Source of the DNA: a virus
Taxonomy: Duplodnaviria > Caudoviricetes
Strand: one strand, 5' to 3'
DNA: 55,412 nt
IMG/VR virus record: IMGVR_UViG_3300030616_000028
Span: 1-55,412 of that record
This document shows, piece after piece, positions 28,395 through 37,570 of the stretch. The notes under the pieces were generated by a model. The model was given only the letters and a program-made list of their open reading frames with translations, was not told the origin of the DNA and ran no database searches. Position 1 is the stretch's first letter. Each line of letters begins with the position of its first letter. A program made the position numbers and the translations under genes.

Positions 28395-29126
28395 TGTTCT
28401 CGGCTCATCGAGGATGAGGCGAAGGAGCTTCGGGAGAAGTCGCTACGTCAGCAAGCCGAGATCCGCCAGCGGGAGACGGCGGGGATCTGCATCGAACAGA
28501 CCGCACGGAGCCTCGGTTGGTCGGAGGAGGCCAACACCCCGCCTTGGTCCTGGGTCAGGGACGAGGTGGACCGGCTGCGGACCAGGCCGCTTTTCGAATC
28601 GTGGAAGCGATGGAAGGAGCGGGCCGAGGCTGGGGAGATGGCAGCGAACACGCAGACGGCGAGGGTCGTCGAGGCCGAGCGCGAGAAGGAGCGCGCACAC
28701 CAGGCCCTCCGCGTTGCCGAGGAGCGAGAATTGGCTGCACTCGCTGAACTCGACGAGGCGCGGGCGAGGTTGGAAGCGGTGCGCGCGCGCGTGCTGCGGT
28801 ACATCGATGACGACTCAGACAATTCGGCAGAACTGAGCGGGGACATACTCGACAACATCCTCGACGCCTCCCCGAGCGCCCCGCCGAAGTGGACGAGCGA
28901 GCCGCCGACGGAACCTGGGCGCGCTCTAAACCGTGCGTGCCTGCTGATAGCTGAGTGCATGGGGAGTTGCCCTCTCGATCGGTTTGACGCGGTGCCGTGG
29001 GATGCCGATGAATGTTCCGAGGGCTGTCAATCCAAACTGGAAGCCGAACAGCAGATCGCCTCATGTTGGCGTCGGTACTTCCTAGCTGATACCGAGCCGA
29101 GCGGCGACGCGGAAGGGGGCGAGTGA
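28314..29126 (+). CDS. Modular coiled-coil accessory protein (same N-terminal Zn finger as previous gene)
   Basis: MGIVKKCRSCEEEVRPYDLANEPLCEGC. Confidence 0.65.
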   Translation: MGIVKKCRSCEEEVRPYDLANEPLCEGCSRLIEDEAKELREKSLRQQAEIRQRETAGICIEQTARSLGWSEEANTPPWSWVRDEVDRLRTRPLFESWKRWKERAEAGEMAANTQTARVVEAEREKERAHQALRVAEERELAALAELDEARARLEAVRARVLRYIDDDSDNSAELSGDILDNILDASPSAPPKWTSEPPTEPGRALNRACLLIAECMGSCPLDRFDAVPWDADECSEGCQSKLEAEQQIASCWRRYFLADTEPSGDAEGGE

Positions 29127-30343
29127 TGGGCAAATACGCGTCAAGAGTACCCGATACTGACAAACTGAGGGTACTCTGGTCTGCTCGCGGTGGTGGCCCA
29201 GAACTGGTCGGTGCTCTCGAACTCCTCGATGAGATTGATAGGGAGCGCGCCCGCGCAGAGCAAGCCGAGCGCGAGCGGGACGCTGCGCGTCATGCGAGCA
29301 CCTGCTGGGAGGACAACTACAACACGATGCTTGATGCTGCTGCCACAGCCGAGTGCGAGCGGGACACCGCGCAGATCGCCCTCGCCAATGTCAGCGACAC
29401 CCTCGTCGACTCCGGCGTCGAGGTGCCGAGCGACCCGTCTAAGTACGGTGAGGCGGTGCGGGTACTGACGGCGGAGCTGCGCGCTGAGTTGGAGCGGTTG
29501 CGGGCCGTGATCTGTTCGCGAGAGGAAACCGACGCCGTGGTTATTGCAGACGTGAGCACCCGCGCCGAAGCAGCCGAGGCCCGCGTCCGCGAGCTGGAGG
29601 CTGAGAACGAAGATCTGCGAAAAAAACACAACGCGGAAAACACACTGCGGCTTGCACTCAAAAACGAGTTGAAAGGCTTGAAGGCCGAGCGTGACGAGCT
29701 GGAGACCGAGGTGGAGCGGTTGCAAAAGCGTCCCACGAGCGAGGAATGGGATCTGCTCGTTGACCGAGACGCGCGTCACGCAGGCCACGTCAACCGGATG
29801 CAGTCGATGATTGACGAGCGGGAGCGCAAGCTCGATGCGGTGCGCGCGTTGGATTGGGAAAATATAGAGTACCGTATCTCAGTCGGCATTGATGCGGCGG
29901 TTGGGCACCGTGACAAAGAGGCTGCAGACACGTTGTCCAAACTGCTAAAGAGTATCCGGCATGTTCGCGCCATCCTCGACGCCGAGCCGAGCGACGACTC
30001 GACCCCACCGGCTGGCGCAATGAAGGAGGCGCAGCGAAGGCTCGCAGCGATCCGCGATGCGATGGAGACGTTCTGCTCGGGAGCGGACGGCTTTGGCTGC
30101 GGCACGGCAGATCCCTCGGGTCAGTCAGAGGGGTGCTCGGGGTGCGCGATGCAACCGGTTCGCGCTCTCGTCACCGCGCCGTTCTCCGAGATTCCGCGAT
30201 GCACCTGGACGGAGGACGACGACGGAGTCTTCCAGACCTCATGCGGCGGGTCCTGGGAATTCACCCACGACGGGCCGGGGGAGAACCGCGCGAAGTTCTG
30301 CCCGTACTGCGGAGACGAGATCTGCATCGGAGCCTCACGCTGA
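29123..30343 (+). CDS. Ead/Ea22-like modular coiled-coil protein with C-terminal Zn finger
   Basis: LELLDEIDR, RAEAAEARVRELEAE, CTWTED..TSCG..KFCPYCG. Confidence 0.6.
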   Translation: MMGKYASRVPDTDKLRVLWSARGGGPELVGALELLDEIDRERARAEQAERERDAARHASTCWEDNYNTMLDAAATAECERDTAQIALANVSDTLVDSGVEVPSDPSKYGEAVRVLTAELRAELERLRAVICSREETDAVVIADVSTRAEAAEARVRELEAENEDLRKKHNAENTLRLALKNELKGLKAERDELETEVERLQKRPTSEEWDLLVDRDARHAGHVNRMQSMIDERERKLDAVRALDWENIEYRISVGIDAAVGHRDKEAADTLSKLLKSIRHVRAILDAEPSDDSTPPAGAMKEAQRRLAAIRDAMETFCSGADGFGCGTADPSGQSEGCSGCAMQPVRALVTAPFSEIPRCTWTEDDDGVFQTSCGGSWEFTHDGPGENRAKFCPYCGDEICIGASR

Positions 30344-30687
30344 TGCCGTGCACCCCGTTCAAGACCAAGGACGGCGAGGGATGGGGCTACGTCTGCACGA
30401 GGACTCCCAAGCACCTCGAGCTGTGCGAGTGCTGCGGGAACCCCGCCTCGAAGCTGTGCGACTTCCCGCTCTCGGGATCTCGCGCCGGCGAGACGTGCGA
30501 CCGGAAGCTCTGCTCGGACTGCGCGACGGAGGTCGATGCGACCCGGCTCCCCGAGCGGCTCGACCTCGGTGAGCACCCCGGCGTGATCCCAGGAGGTCCC
30601 TCCGACCGCGTCGTCCTCCTCGAGGGAGACACCGTTGACGTCTGCCCTGCTCACGCTCGCTGGATTCGGGCGAAGGAGAAGGAATGA
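30343..30687 (+). CDS. Cys-rich hypothetical phage protein
   Basis: LCDFP..TCDRKLCSDC..DVCPAH. Confidence 0.65.
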   Translation: MPCTPFKTKDGEGWGYVCTRTPKHLELCECCGNPASKLCDFPLSGSRAGETCDRKLCSDCATEVDATRLPERLDLGEHPGVIPGGPSDRVVLLEGDTVDVCPAHARWIRAKEKE

Positions 30688-31232
30688 AGCGGCTGTTCTA
30701 CCACCCCGAGAGCGAGAGTTATCTGTGGTCCGCGCCCGAGGATCTCGGGGAGGGAATCGACGCGGCGCTGTGCGAGGACGTGACCGGGCAGCGGGAGCAC
30801 GAGCAGCGGGCCTGGCGCCAAGGAGTCCGCGCCGTGATCTGCCCGTACTGCTTCGGCGAGGCCGAGCTCACGGACAGCGCGGAGGTCTACGACGGTCGAA
30901 GCTACGGACCCATCTGGCTGTGCCGTCCCTGCCAAGCGTGGGTGGGGGTCCATAAGAACGACGACTTGGCGCGGCCGCTCGGCCGTCTCGCGGACGCCGA
31001 ACTGCGGGAGTGGAAGAAGCGGGCGCACGCGGCCTTCGACCCACTCTGGAAGCGGAAGATGCAGCGGGACAACTGCTGGGCGAAGGAGGCGCGCGGCGCC
31101 GGGTACCGCTGGCTCGCCAAGTCCATCGGGATTCCGTTCGAGGAGTGCCACATCGGGATGTTCGATGTCGGCCTCTGCCGGCGCGTCGTCGAGATCTGCT
31201 CGGCGGTCGGACAGGGAGGGGCGCGGCAGTGA
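30684..31232 (+). CDS. DUF3268-like zinc-finger protein
   Basis: CPYC..WLCRPCQAWVGVH..PLGRLA..AHAAFDPLWK..CHIGMFD. Confidence 0.8.
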   Translation: MKRLFYHPESESYLWSAPEDLGEGIDAALCEDVTGQREHEQRAWRQGVRAVICPYCFGEAELTDSAEVYDGRSYGPIWLCRPCQAWVGVHKNDDLARPLGRLADAELREWKKRAHAAFDPLWKRKMQRDNCWAKEARGAGYRWLAKSIGIPFEECHIGMFDVGLCRRVVEICSAVGQGGARQ

Positions 31233-31768
31233 CCCACGACGACCTCATCAAGCACGCTCGCCGCTGGCTCCTTCGGCCCTTCCGCAGGAACGATTCGTGG
31301 GCGACGAACCGCGGCGCGTGCTCGCTCGTGATCACGGATATGACTAGCGCGAGCAGAGAGACACCGGACGCGATCGGCTGGTACGGGGGCAACTCGGTGC
31401 TCGTCGAGTGCAAGGCCAGCATCTCGGACTTCAAGGCGGACCAGCGGAAGTTCTTTCGGCGCGACCCCGAGTACGGCGTGGGCGACTGGCGATACTACCT
31501 CACCCCGAAAGGACTCCTTCAGGTCGGTCAGCTCCCCGATGGGTGGGGACTCCTCGAGGCCTCGGACACGGGGAGGATCTTCGTGCGGCGTCTCTCCGAG
31601 AAGTTCACGGTCAGCATTCGCGACGAGCGCCACATCCTGCTCTCGCTCATCAGGCGGCTGGACGTGAAGTCGGACGGGAAGCACGTCAAGATCCGGGCCT
31701 ACGCTATCGACGACGGTCGGCCCCCTCGGGCGACGGCCGTCCTAAACCGGAAGCGGACGGCCGAGTGA
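31229..31768 (+). CDS. PD-(D/E)XK (MmcB-like) nuclease
   Basis: ETPDAIGW..LVECKASISDFKAD..GDWRYYLTP..GWGLL. Confidence 0.65.
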   Translation: MTHDDLIKHARRWLLRPFRRNDSWATNRGACSLVITDMTSASRETPDAIGWYGGNSVLVECKASISDFKADQRKFFRRDPEYGVGDWRYYLTPKGLLQVGQLPDGWGLLEASDTGRIFVRRLSEKFTVSIRDERHILLSLIRRLDVKSDGKHVKIRAYAIDDGRPPRATAVLNRKRTAE

Positions 31769-31780
31769 TGGTGTCTATAC

Positions 31781-31808
31781 TTGACGGCCGCTGCGGCTCT
31801 GGCATGAT
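31781..31808 (+). promoter_or_regulatory. Sigma70-type promoter candidate
   Basis: TTGACG-N16-CATGAT with TGn extension. Confidence 0.45.
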
Positions 31809-31855
31809 GGAGGCATCCGATGGGAATCCGTAACACCAGCAGACAGGAGGAGGAG

Positions 31856-32269
31856 ATGAGGATCACGTGGAGGACCCTCGTCGGCATCCTGGTCTTGGCC
31901 CTGCTCGCGGTCGTGCTGATCGCGTGCGGGGCGGAGGACCCGAAGCCGACCGACGAGAAGGCGAAGGTGGACGCCGGCAAGAAGGCGCTGGCCCCCGCCG
32001 CGGCTCCCGAAGTGAAGCCGCAGCCGAAGGACGTCAAGGAGACCGTTCCGACCAGCGTGGACAAGGACACGGGGAAGCCGCAGGCGGCTCTCGGTGCCGA
32101 CGTGCTCGAGTGCTTCACGGTACGCGCTGCGGCGCTGTCCGAACGTAGCTCGTTGTCCGTACTGAGAAGCAACTACCAGAGCGAGGAAACACCGGAGCCG
32201 GAAGTCGTACTGCTCTGGCGCAACGTGCGCTCGGCCAGCTCCCCGATCCATCGGTGGATTCGAGCTTAG
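31856..32269 (+). CDS. Lipoprotein
   Basis: MRITWRTLVGILVLALLAVVLIA-C lipobox; strong RBS. Confidence 0.7.
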   Translation: MRITWRTLVGILVLALLAVVLIACGAEDPKPTDEKAKVDAGKKALAPAAAPEVKPQPKDVKETVPTSVDKDTGKPQAALGADVLECFTVRAAALSERSSLSVLRSNYQSEETPEPEVVLLWRNVRSASSPIHRWIRA

Positions 32270-32312
32270 TGAGAGCACCCGAGTCCGCCCCTCCCATACC
32301 CGACGATCCCAC

Positions 32313-32342
32313 TTGACACCGACCGAACCCCACGCGTATATA
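32313..32342 (+). promoter_or_regulatory. Sigma70-type promoter heading the packaging region
   Basis: TTGACA-N18-TATATA. Confidence 0.55.
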
Positions 32343-32351
32343 CAGGGGGTG

Positions 32352-32555
32352 ATGTCTATACGCGAACGGGTCCGAACGAAGCAGCTCAACATCCGGGTCA
32401 CGCCCGAGGAGCTGGACACGTTCAAGAAGGCAGCGGAGCAGAACAACGTCTCCGTGACCGAGCTCGTCGTCCAGGCGACCCTCGACAAGATCAACGACGA
32501 ACGGATGGTGTTCAAGGGAACGCTGCGCCGCATGCGGGAGGCAGGGGAGATATGA
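32352..32555 (+). CDS. Ribbon-helix-helix regulator
   Basis: TKQLNIRVTPEELDTFKKAAEQNNVSVTELV. Confidence 0.75.
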   Translation: MSIRERVRTKQLNIRVTPEELDTFKKAAEQNNVSVTELVVQATLDKINDERMVFKGTLRRMREAGEI

Positions 32556-33229
32556 CCGCGAAGAAGAAGACCAAGGCCCCGAAGAAAACTGGCGGTTCGG
32601 CCAAACCGACATCGAAGGGACGGGTTACCAAAACAGGGCGCAAGCCAGATCCAAAGGCGGCGAAGAAAAAATCGGCACCGCAGCGGCGGAAGAAGTCCCC
32701 GAACATCAAGGCCGAGACGTACAACGCGCTCCAGACGGCGTACTTCGAGAGGCAGTCCATCGAGGGTGCGGCGAAGACGGTGGGCGTGACGAAGAACACC
32801 GCCCGATACTACATCGACGGACCAGGCAAGCCCGAGGTCGGGATGGTGCCGATCAAGCAGCTCTGGCTCGACGTGCAGATGGAGGCGCAGGAGAAGCGGC
32901 AAATGACGCTGCTGCGGTTCCACGAGGAGCAGACGAAGGAGCTGGAGGAGGTCCTCAATACCGTGTCGGCCGAGTTGAAGCTCATCCGTGCCTCCGTGCT
33001 GCGGCGGGTCAAGCGGTTCAAGGACAGCGGCGGGGTAGACATCGAGACGGGCGCGAGCCTCGGTCAGGCGCTCAAGAGCTACGAGCGCGTTTCGCGTCTG
33101 ATGGAGCGGTTCCTCGGCGCACCGGACGCAACGCTCGAGCACCGCGGTGAGGACAGGTACCGGCACTGGACCGACGAGGAGATCGTCGAGTTCGCCGAGA
33201 CGGGGAAGCTCCCCGATCATGCGAGGTGA
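32552..33229 (+). CDS. Putative terminase small subunit (Lys-rich tail, HTH, helical oligomerisation region)
   Basis: SIEGAAKTVGVTKNTARYY HTH; C-terminal WTDEEI; position upstream of terL; no direct homology test. Confidence 0.5.
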   Translation: MTAKKKTKAPKKTGGSAKPTSKGRVTKTGRKPDPKAAKKKSAPQRRKKSPNIKAETYNALQTAYFERQSIEGAAKTVGVTKNTARYYIDGPGKPEVGMVPIKQLWLDVQMEAQEKRQMTLLRFHEEQTKELEEVLNTVSAELKLIRASVLRRVKRFKDSGGVDIETGASLGQALKSYERVSRLMERFLGAPDATLEHRGEDRYRHWTDEEIVEFAETGKLPDHAR

Positions 33230-33471
33230 TGATGAGCAAGCACATCCAGCTACTCGACGCGGCGCTCGGGGTGACTACGTCGCAACGCGGGAGCGAGTGT
33301 CAGGCCGATGCGGATAGCCTCCCTGGCTCCCCGCCTATCGGGACTGGGATCAACGGGGAGACGGCCCGTGCGGACCTGTACGCGCACCTCCTAATCGACG
33401 TCGTGCTGTCCAACCCTGGTGAAGGGTACGGGGACATCATCGCGCGACTGATTCGGGAGGAGGTCCGATGA
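33226..33471 (+). CDS. Hypothetical protein
   Basis: Coupled ORF. Confidence 0.45.
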   Translation: MMMSKHIQLLDAALGVTTSQRGSECQADADSLPGSPPIGTGINGETARADLYAHLLIDVVLSNPGEGYGDIIARLIREEVR

Positions 33472-33683
33472 CCTCGATCCCAATGCCGCCCGTAGTTGCC
33501 TCGGAGGACGTCCCAGAGGGCTGTGTACTCCTCGTGAGCGGGCTTCGGGAGTATTCCCCTGGGGAGGGAGATACACCGAACCACGAGGTTCCTGGGACTC
33601 GCTACGAGGACGAGGACGGGAGGGAGAAGGTGCTCGGCTTCCTCGATGCGGCGAGGGCCATCGACTGCGGTGTGGGGAGGTGA
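33468..33683 (+). CDS. Hypothetical protein
   Basis: GGAGG RBS, ATGA overlap. Confidence 0.45.
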   Translation: MTSIPMPPVVASEDVPEGCVLLVSGLREYSPGEGDTPNHEVPGTRYEDEDGREKVLGFLDAARAIDCGVGR

Positions 33684-34460
33684 GAGATCTTGGGAGCATT
33701 GAGACAAGTTGCTCAGTCCGCGTCAGTATCCCCGTTCCGGGGAGCTTCGTCGGTTCTGGCCGGCGGCGCGGGCGCGGGGACTGAGGGAACTTGGGCGTGG
33801 TGTTACAGTACGGACAATTCCGTACAGTATCCCACTACGAGGGCGGTTCAGCGCGGCTCGGCGCTTTGGGCGCAGCGCGGTAGTGAGGGATCTTGAGGGC
33901 ATTGAGGACAGTGTTCCAGGTTGGCACAGTATCCCCGCGCTCGGGGGGCGTAGCGCGGCCTGGCCTCCTCGGACCCGTGCGGGGGTGGGGGATACTGAGG
34001 ACAGTGGGACAATACCCTCAGGTTGCTACAGTATCCCGCGGCTCGGGGGTCCTCCGGGGGCCTTCTCCTCCTGAATCAGCGGCGCGGTGTCGCGCACTGA
34101 GGGATCTTGAGCAGGGTGAACAAGGTGGCTCAATGGCCCACGCCGAGGGCGGTCCTCCGGGGGTGGCTCGCCGGGAACCTGGGAGGGACTGTCGGATCTT
34201 GAGGTCATTGAGACAATGCCTCCAGGTTGCTACAGTACCCGGCCCATCGCTCGCCTCGGCGCGGCCTGGCCTCCTCGGAGAGCGGAGGAAGTGCAGCGGA
34301 TTGAGGGAAACTGGACAGGGTGTACAGGCTGCGACAGTATCCCCCAAACCCGAGGACCCGAGAGGGCAGATTCTCCCCGAAGCCGCTCGGCGGGGTGAGG
34401 GACTGAGGGCCACTGTAGGGACTGTCTCAATGGTGACAGTCCGCGACAGGATCTTCCAGG
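33681..34460. repeat. Degenerate tandem array, 8 units, 102-bp period
   Basis: CAGTATCCC-type core at 33724, 33825, 33927, 34029, 34131 (CAATGGCCC), 34233 (CAGTACCC), 34335, 34437 (CAGTCCGC); upstream TGAGGGATCTTGAG..CATTGAG(G)ACA..CAGGTTG submotifs. Confidence 0.85.
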
Positions 34461-34522
34461 GGCGCGAGGAGGCTCGTGGTTCGTCGGAGGGTCCGGGGGG
34501 ATAGCCCAGGGAGGGGCAGAGG

Positions 34523-35689
34523 GTGAACAACGAAGGAACAGCCTGCAGCGAGGCCCAGGCGAGGAACCAGGACGGGGTCATAGGCGAGGCCGAGCTACTC
34601 GACCGCCTTCGCTCGGCCAAGCGCGTCTTCCTCCTCGAGCCGCAGTACGGTCGGAAGTATCTGCCGCTGGGCCTGGCCAAGATCGCGACCTTCGTCAAGC
34701 AGAACGGCGGCCGGGTCTGGTTCGGGCGGAAGTACCTCGGCCCCCCGGTCGACCTCATCTGTGCCACCTCGCTGTTCACCTACGACTCCGCGAAGGTCCT
34801 CGCCTCGCTACGTAGCGCCGGCTCAGTAGCGAAGGACACGCCCATCATCGCGGGAGGGATCTACGCCTCGCTCATGTGGCGCCACCTCCTCTCAGAGATG
34901 GGCGACCGCGTCCTCGTCTTCCGAGGGTTCTCGAAGGTCCTCGACGAGCTCGTCCCCGACTACTCGTTGCGGTGGGGGATGGAGAAACCGTGGCCGTCGT
35001 TCTCGTTCACCTTCACGAGCCGCGGCTGCCCGAACCGCTGCGCGTACTGCGCCGTGTGGAGGATAGAGCAGGAGCCGTGGATCAACCCGCGCTGGCGCGA
35101 CCACATCCTACTCGAAAAGCCGTGCGCGATGATCTCCGACAACAACTTGAGCGCGGCTCCTCCCGAGCACCTGTACGCCGTGCTCGACTTCCTCGAGAAG
35201 ACGCAGCGGAAGGTGGTCTTCGACAACGGCTTCGACGTGAAGCACATCACCGACGAGATGGCCGCGCGCCTCGCACGTCTCCGCTTCGTCCGCACGGGGA
35301 TGAGGACAGCCTTCGACCGCATCGAGGAGGACGGCACATTTCAGATCGCAATCGAGCGGCTCATCGCCGCCGGCGTGAAGGCCTCCGACATCATGGTCTA
35401 CTCGCTGTTCAACTACCGCGACAAACCGCGCGAGGCGATGTACCGACTCAGCCAGATCCACCGCCTCGGCGCGAAGCCGTACCCGACGATGTACACCCCT
35501 CTCAACCAGAGTGCCCCACGGAGGGAGGAGCACCACGTTGGGAAGCACTGGACGTGGCCGCTCGTGCGGGCCTTCCGCGCGTACTGGCTGTTCGCGGGAG
35601 TCTACTCGAAGCACGACTTCGAGGAGTGGGCGAGAGGGCAGGACAAGATCGAACTGAGCGAGGAGGATTGGGCCGCATGGCACGCGTAA
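34523..35689 (+). CDS. Radical SAM protein with N-terminal cobalamin-binding-like domain
   Basis: PLGLAKIA, TSLFTY, AGGIYASL, TSRGCPNRCAYC, SDNN. Confidence 0.85.
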   Translation: MNNEGTACSEAQARNQDGVIGEAELLDRLRSAKRVFLLEPQYGRKYLPLGLAKIATFVKQNGGRVWFGRKYLGPPVDLICATSLFTYDSAKVLASLRSAGSVAKDTPIIAGGIYASLMWRHLLSEMGDRVLVFRGFSKVLDELVPDYSLRWGMEKPWPSFSFTFTSRGCPNRCAYCAVWRIEQEPWINPRWRDHILLEKPCAMISDNNLSAAPPEHLYAVLDFLEKTQRKVVFDNGFDVKHITDEMAARLARLRFVRTGMRTAFDRIEEDGTFQIAIERLIAAGVKASDIMVYSLFNYRDKPREAMYRLSQIHRLGAKPYPTMYTPLNQSAPRREEHHVGKHWTWPLVRAFRAYWLFAGVYSKHDFEEWARGQDKIELSEEDWAAWHA

Positions 35690-36714
35690 AGCAGGAGAGG
35701 ACCGAGGCGAAGGTATGGGGGTACGGTGAGCCGCCGAAGCCGCCGAAGATCATCAACCCGATAGGGCCGACCTCGCCGTGGGTATGGGCTATCGAACCGA
35801 CGCACGGGTGCAACCTGCGCTGCGGTCACTGTAGCTGCCGACTCGACCCGTTGCCGAAGCAGTACCACTTCATGGACGAGGCGACGTGGGAGGCGACCTG
35901 GAAGATCATCGCGGCGCTCTGCCCGACGCGCCGTGTTGACCTCGTGCTCGGCGGTGAGCCTACTCTCCACCCGGGCCTCCCCGAGTTCTTGTCCGTAGCG
36001 CGGGAGATCTCCCCGCTCTCGCAGATTCAGATCACGACCAACGGAACGCAGATCCTCAAGGGGCGGTGGACCTATCGCCAGCTCATCGAGGCCGGGGCCA
36101 ACATCGTCTACACGGATATGTACGGCTCGCGGGAGAAGTACATCGCCCTCGCTCATGATGCGGGGTATCCGTTCTATGAATACTACGATGCGCCCGAGGG
36201 TGCCTGGTCGCCGTGGACCTATCACGGGCCGCGCCTCAAGATGGTCGTCCTCCAAGAGCAACCGGAGAACTGGCCCGAGAGCCGCTTCCGCGCGGGGCTG
36301 ATGGGCACGTGGTACAACCACCTCGATTGGGAAGCCGCAGCACGCTTCGGACTCAAGGAGGTTACGAAGCCGCCCGCGCGCCGCTGCAACCAGCCGTTCC
36401 TCTACGTCCCGGTCGACTCGCGGGGTCGCTACCTGCTGTGCTGCCAGGACAACACGGGGGAGTCGACGAAGGAGAACTTCGGCACGGTCCACGACGGCCT
36501 CGACGGGTTCAAGCGGTACTGGTACGGAGACACGATGCAAGCGGTACGGCGCCGCCTGCGGGAGAAAGACCGGGAGAATGCATCGGACTACTGCCGGCGC
36601 TGCTGCGTCACGTTCTCGCGGTGCGACTTCAAGCACTGGAAGGACGAGGAAGTGAACCACGTCTGGGACGGCGAGAAGTGGACTCGGGTCAGCGACAAGA
36701 AGGGAGCGGAGTAG
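35677..36714 (+). CDS. Radical SAM protein with SPASM/Twitch domain
   Basis: CNLRCGHC, GGEPTLHP, TTNG, C..PF..LLCCQD..CRRC. Confidence 0.85.
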   Translation: MARVKQERTEAKVWGYGEPPKPPKIINPIGPTSPWVWAIEPTHGCNLRCGHCSCRLDPLPKQYHFMDEATWEATWKIIAALCPTRRVDLVLGGEPTLHPGLPEFLSVAREISPLSQIQITTNGTQILKGRWTYRQLIEAGANIVYTDMYGSREKYIALAHDAGYPFYEYYDAPEGAWSPWTYHGPRLKMVVLQEQPENWPESRFRAGLMGTWYNHLDWEAAARFGLKEVTKPPARRCNQPFLYVPVDSRGRYLLCCQDNTGESTKENFGTVHDGLDGFKRYWYGDTMQAVRRRLREKDRENASDYCRRCCVTFSRCDFKHWKDEEVNHVWDGEKWTRVSDKKGAE

Positions 36715-37529
36715 TGCCGAGGAACGACAGGCTGGAGTACGTCCAGCACGGTAGCGTACCGGGCAGGTTCAAGGCCATCGTCGGGAGGACGGGCAAGCCG
36801 GTTCTGACTAGCATGACGGTGTGCCGCTCGATACCTCTCCAGCACGGCGACGTCGTCGTCGACCTCGGGGCCTACGTCGGGCAGTACGCGCTCGCTGCGG
36901 CTCGCCTCCCCGTAAAGAAGGTGATCGCGTACGAGCCGACACCGGACACCTACCGCATCCTGGCTGAGTCAGCGCAGCCGAACCTCGAGGTCGTCAACGC
37001 GGCGGTGGTAGCCGACGAGCGCGAGTCGGTGGACTTCTACATCTCGGCCGGGATCGGCGTCTCGAACAGCGTGGTTCTCAAGCGCGGGAAGGAGAGGCGG
37101 GTGACCGTTCCCGCGGTGAGCTACGAGGAGGCGGTTCGCGGCGCGACCGTCGTGAAGATTGATGTCGAGGGAGCCGAGTACACCTACCCCATCGTCCAGC
37201 CATCGCTGCGTGCCATCATGATCGACTTCCACCCGATACGCGGGAGGAGGTGGGTCGAGCGGGCGCAAGAGATCATGTCCGAGATCGAAGCGGCAGGGTT
37301 CACCCCCGTCGTCGTCCCCAAGTTCAAGAGTGGGTTCGACTCGGACACGGCGGCGAGCTTCGTGCGGGACCTCCCCGTTGAGGGAGGGTTCGAACCCATG
37401 ATGAGCGGCGAGATGTGCTGCGGCTGCGGAGCAGAGATCCGTGGCGATGGACGCTCGCTCTGCTCGTCGTGTTGGGAGTTGTGGTCGAAGAAGCACCGCG
37501 AGGGATTCACCCTTGCGTCGGAGAAGTAA
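36714..37529 (+). CDS. FkbM-family SAM-dependent methyltransferase with C-terminal Zn finger
   Basis: VVDLGAYVG, VIAYEP, VKIDVEGAE; CCGCG..CSSC. Confidence 0.8.
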   Translation: MPRNDRLEYVQHGSVPGRFKAIVGRTGKPVLTSMTVCRSIPLQHGDVVVDLGAYVGQYALAAARLPVKKVIAYEPTPDTYRILAESAQPNLEVVNAAVVADERESVDFYISAGIGVSNSVVLKRGKERRVTVPAVSYEEAVRGATVVKIDVEGAEYTYPIVQPSLRAIMIDFHPIRGRRWVERAQEIMSEIEAAGFTPVVVPKFKSGFDSDTAASFVRDLPVEGGFEPMMSGEMCCGCGAEIRGDGRSLCSSCWELWSKKHREGFTLASEK

Positions 37530-37570
37530 CCAGCACGCCGCACGGCGTCGGGAAAGGAAAGGACAGGCAC

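Noticed and set aside
33681-34460. CRISPR array
   Set aside because: Repeats are long and highly degenerate, the variable halves share sequence with each other, and there is no cas operon; the Cas4-like gene is 32 kb away in a recombination module
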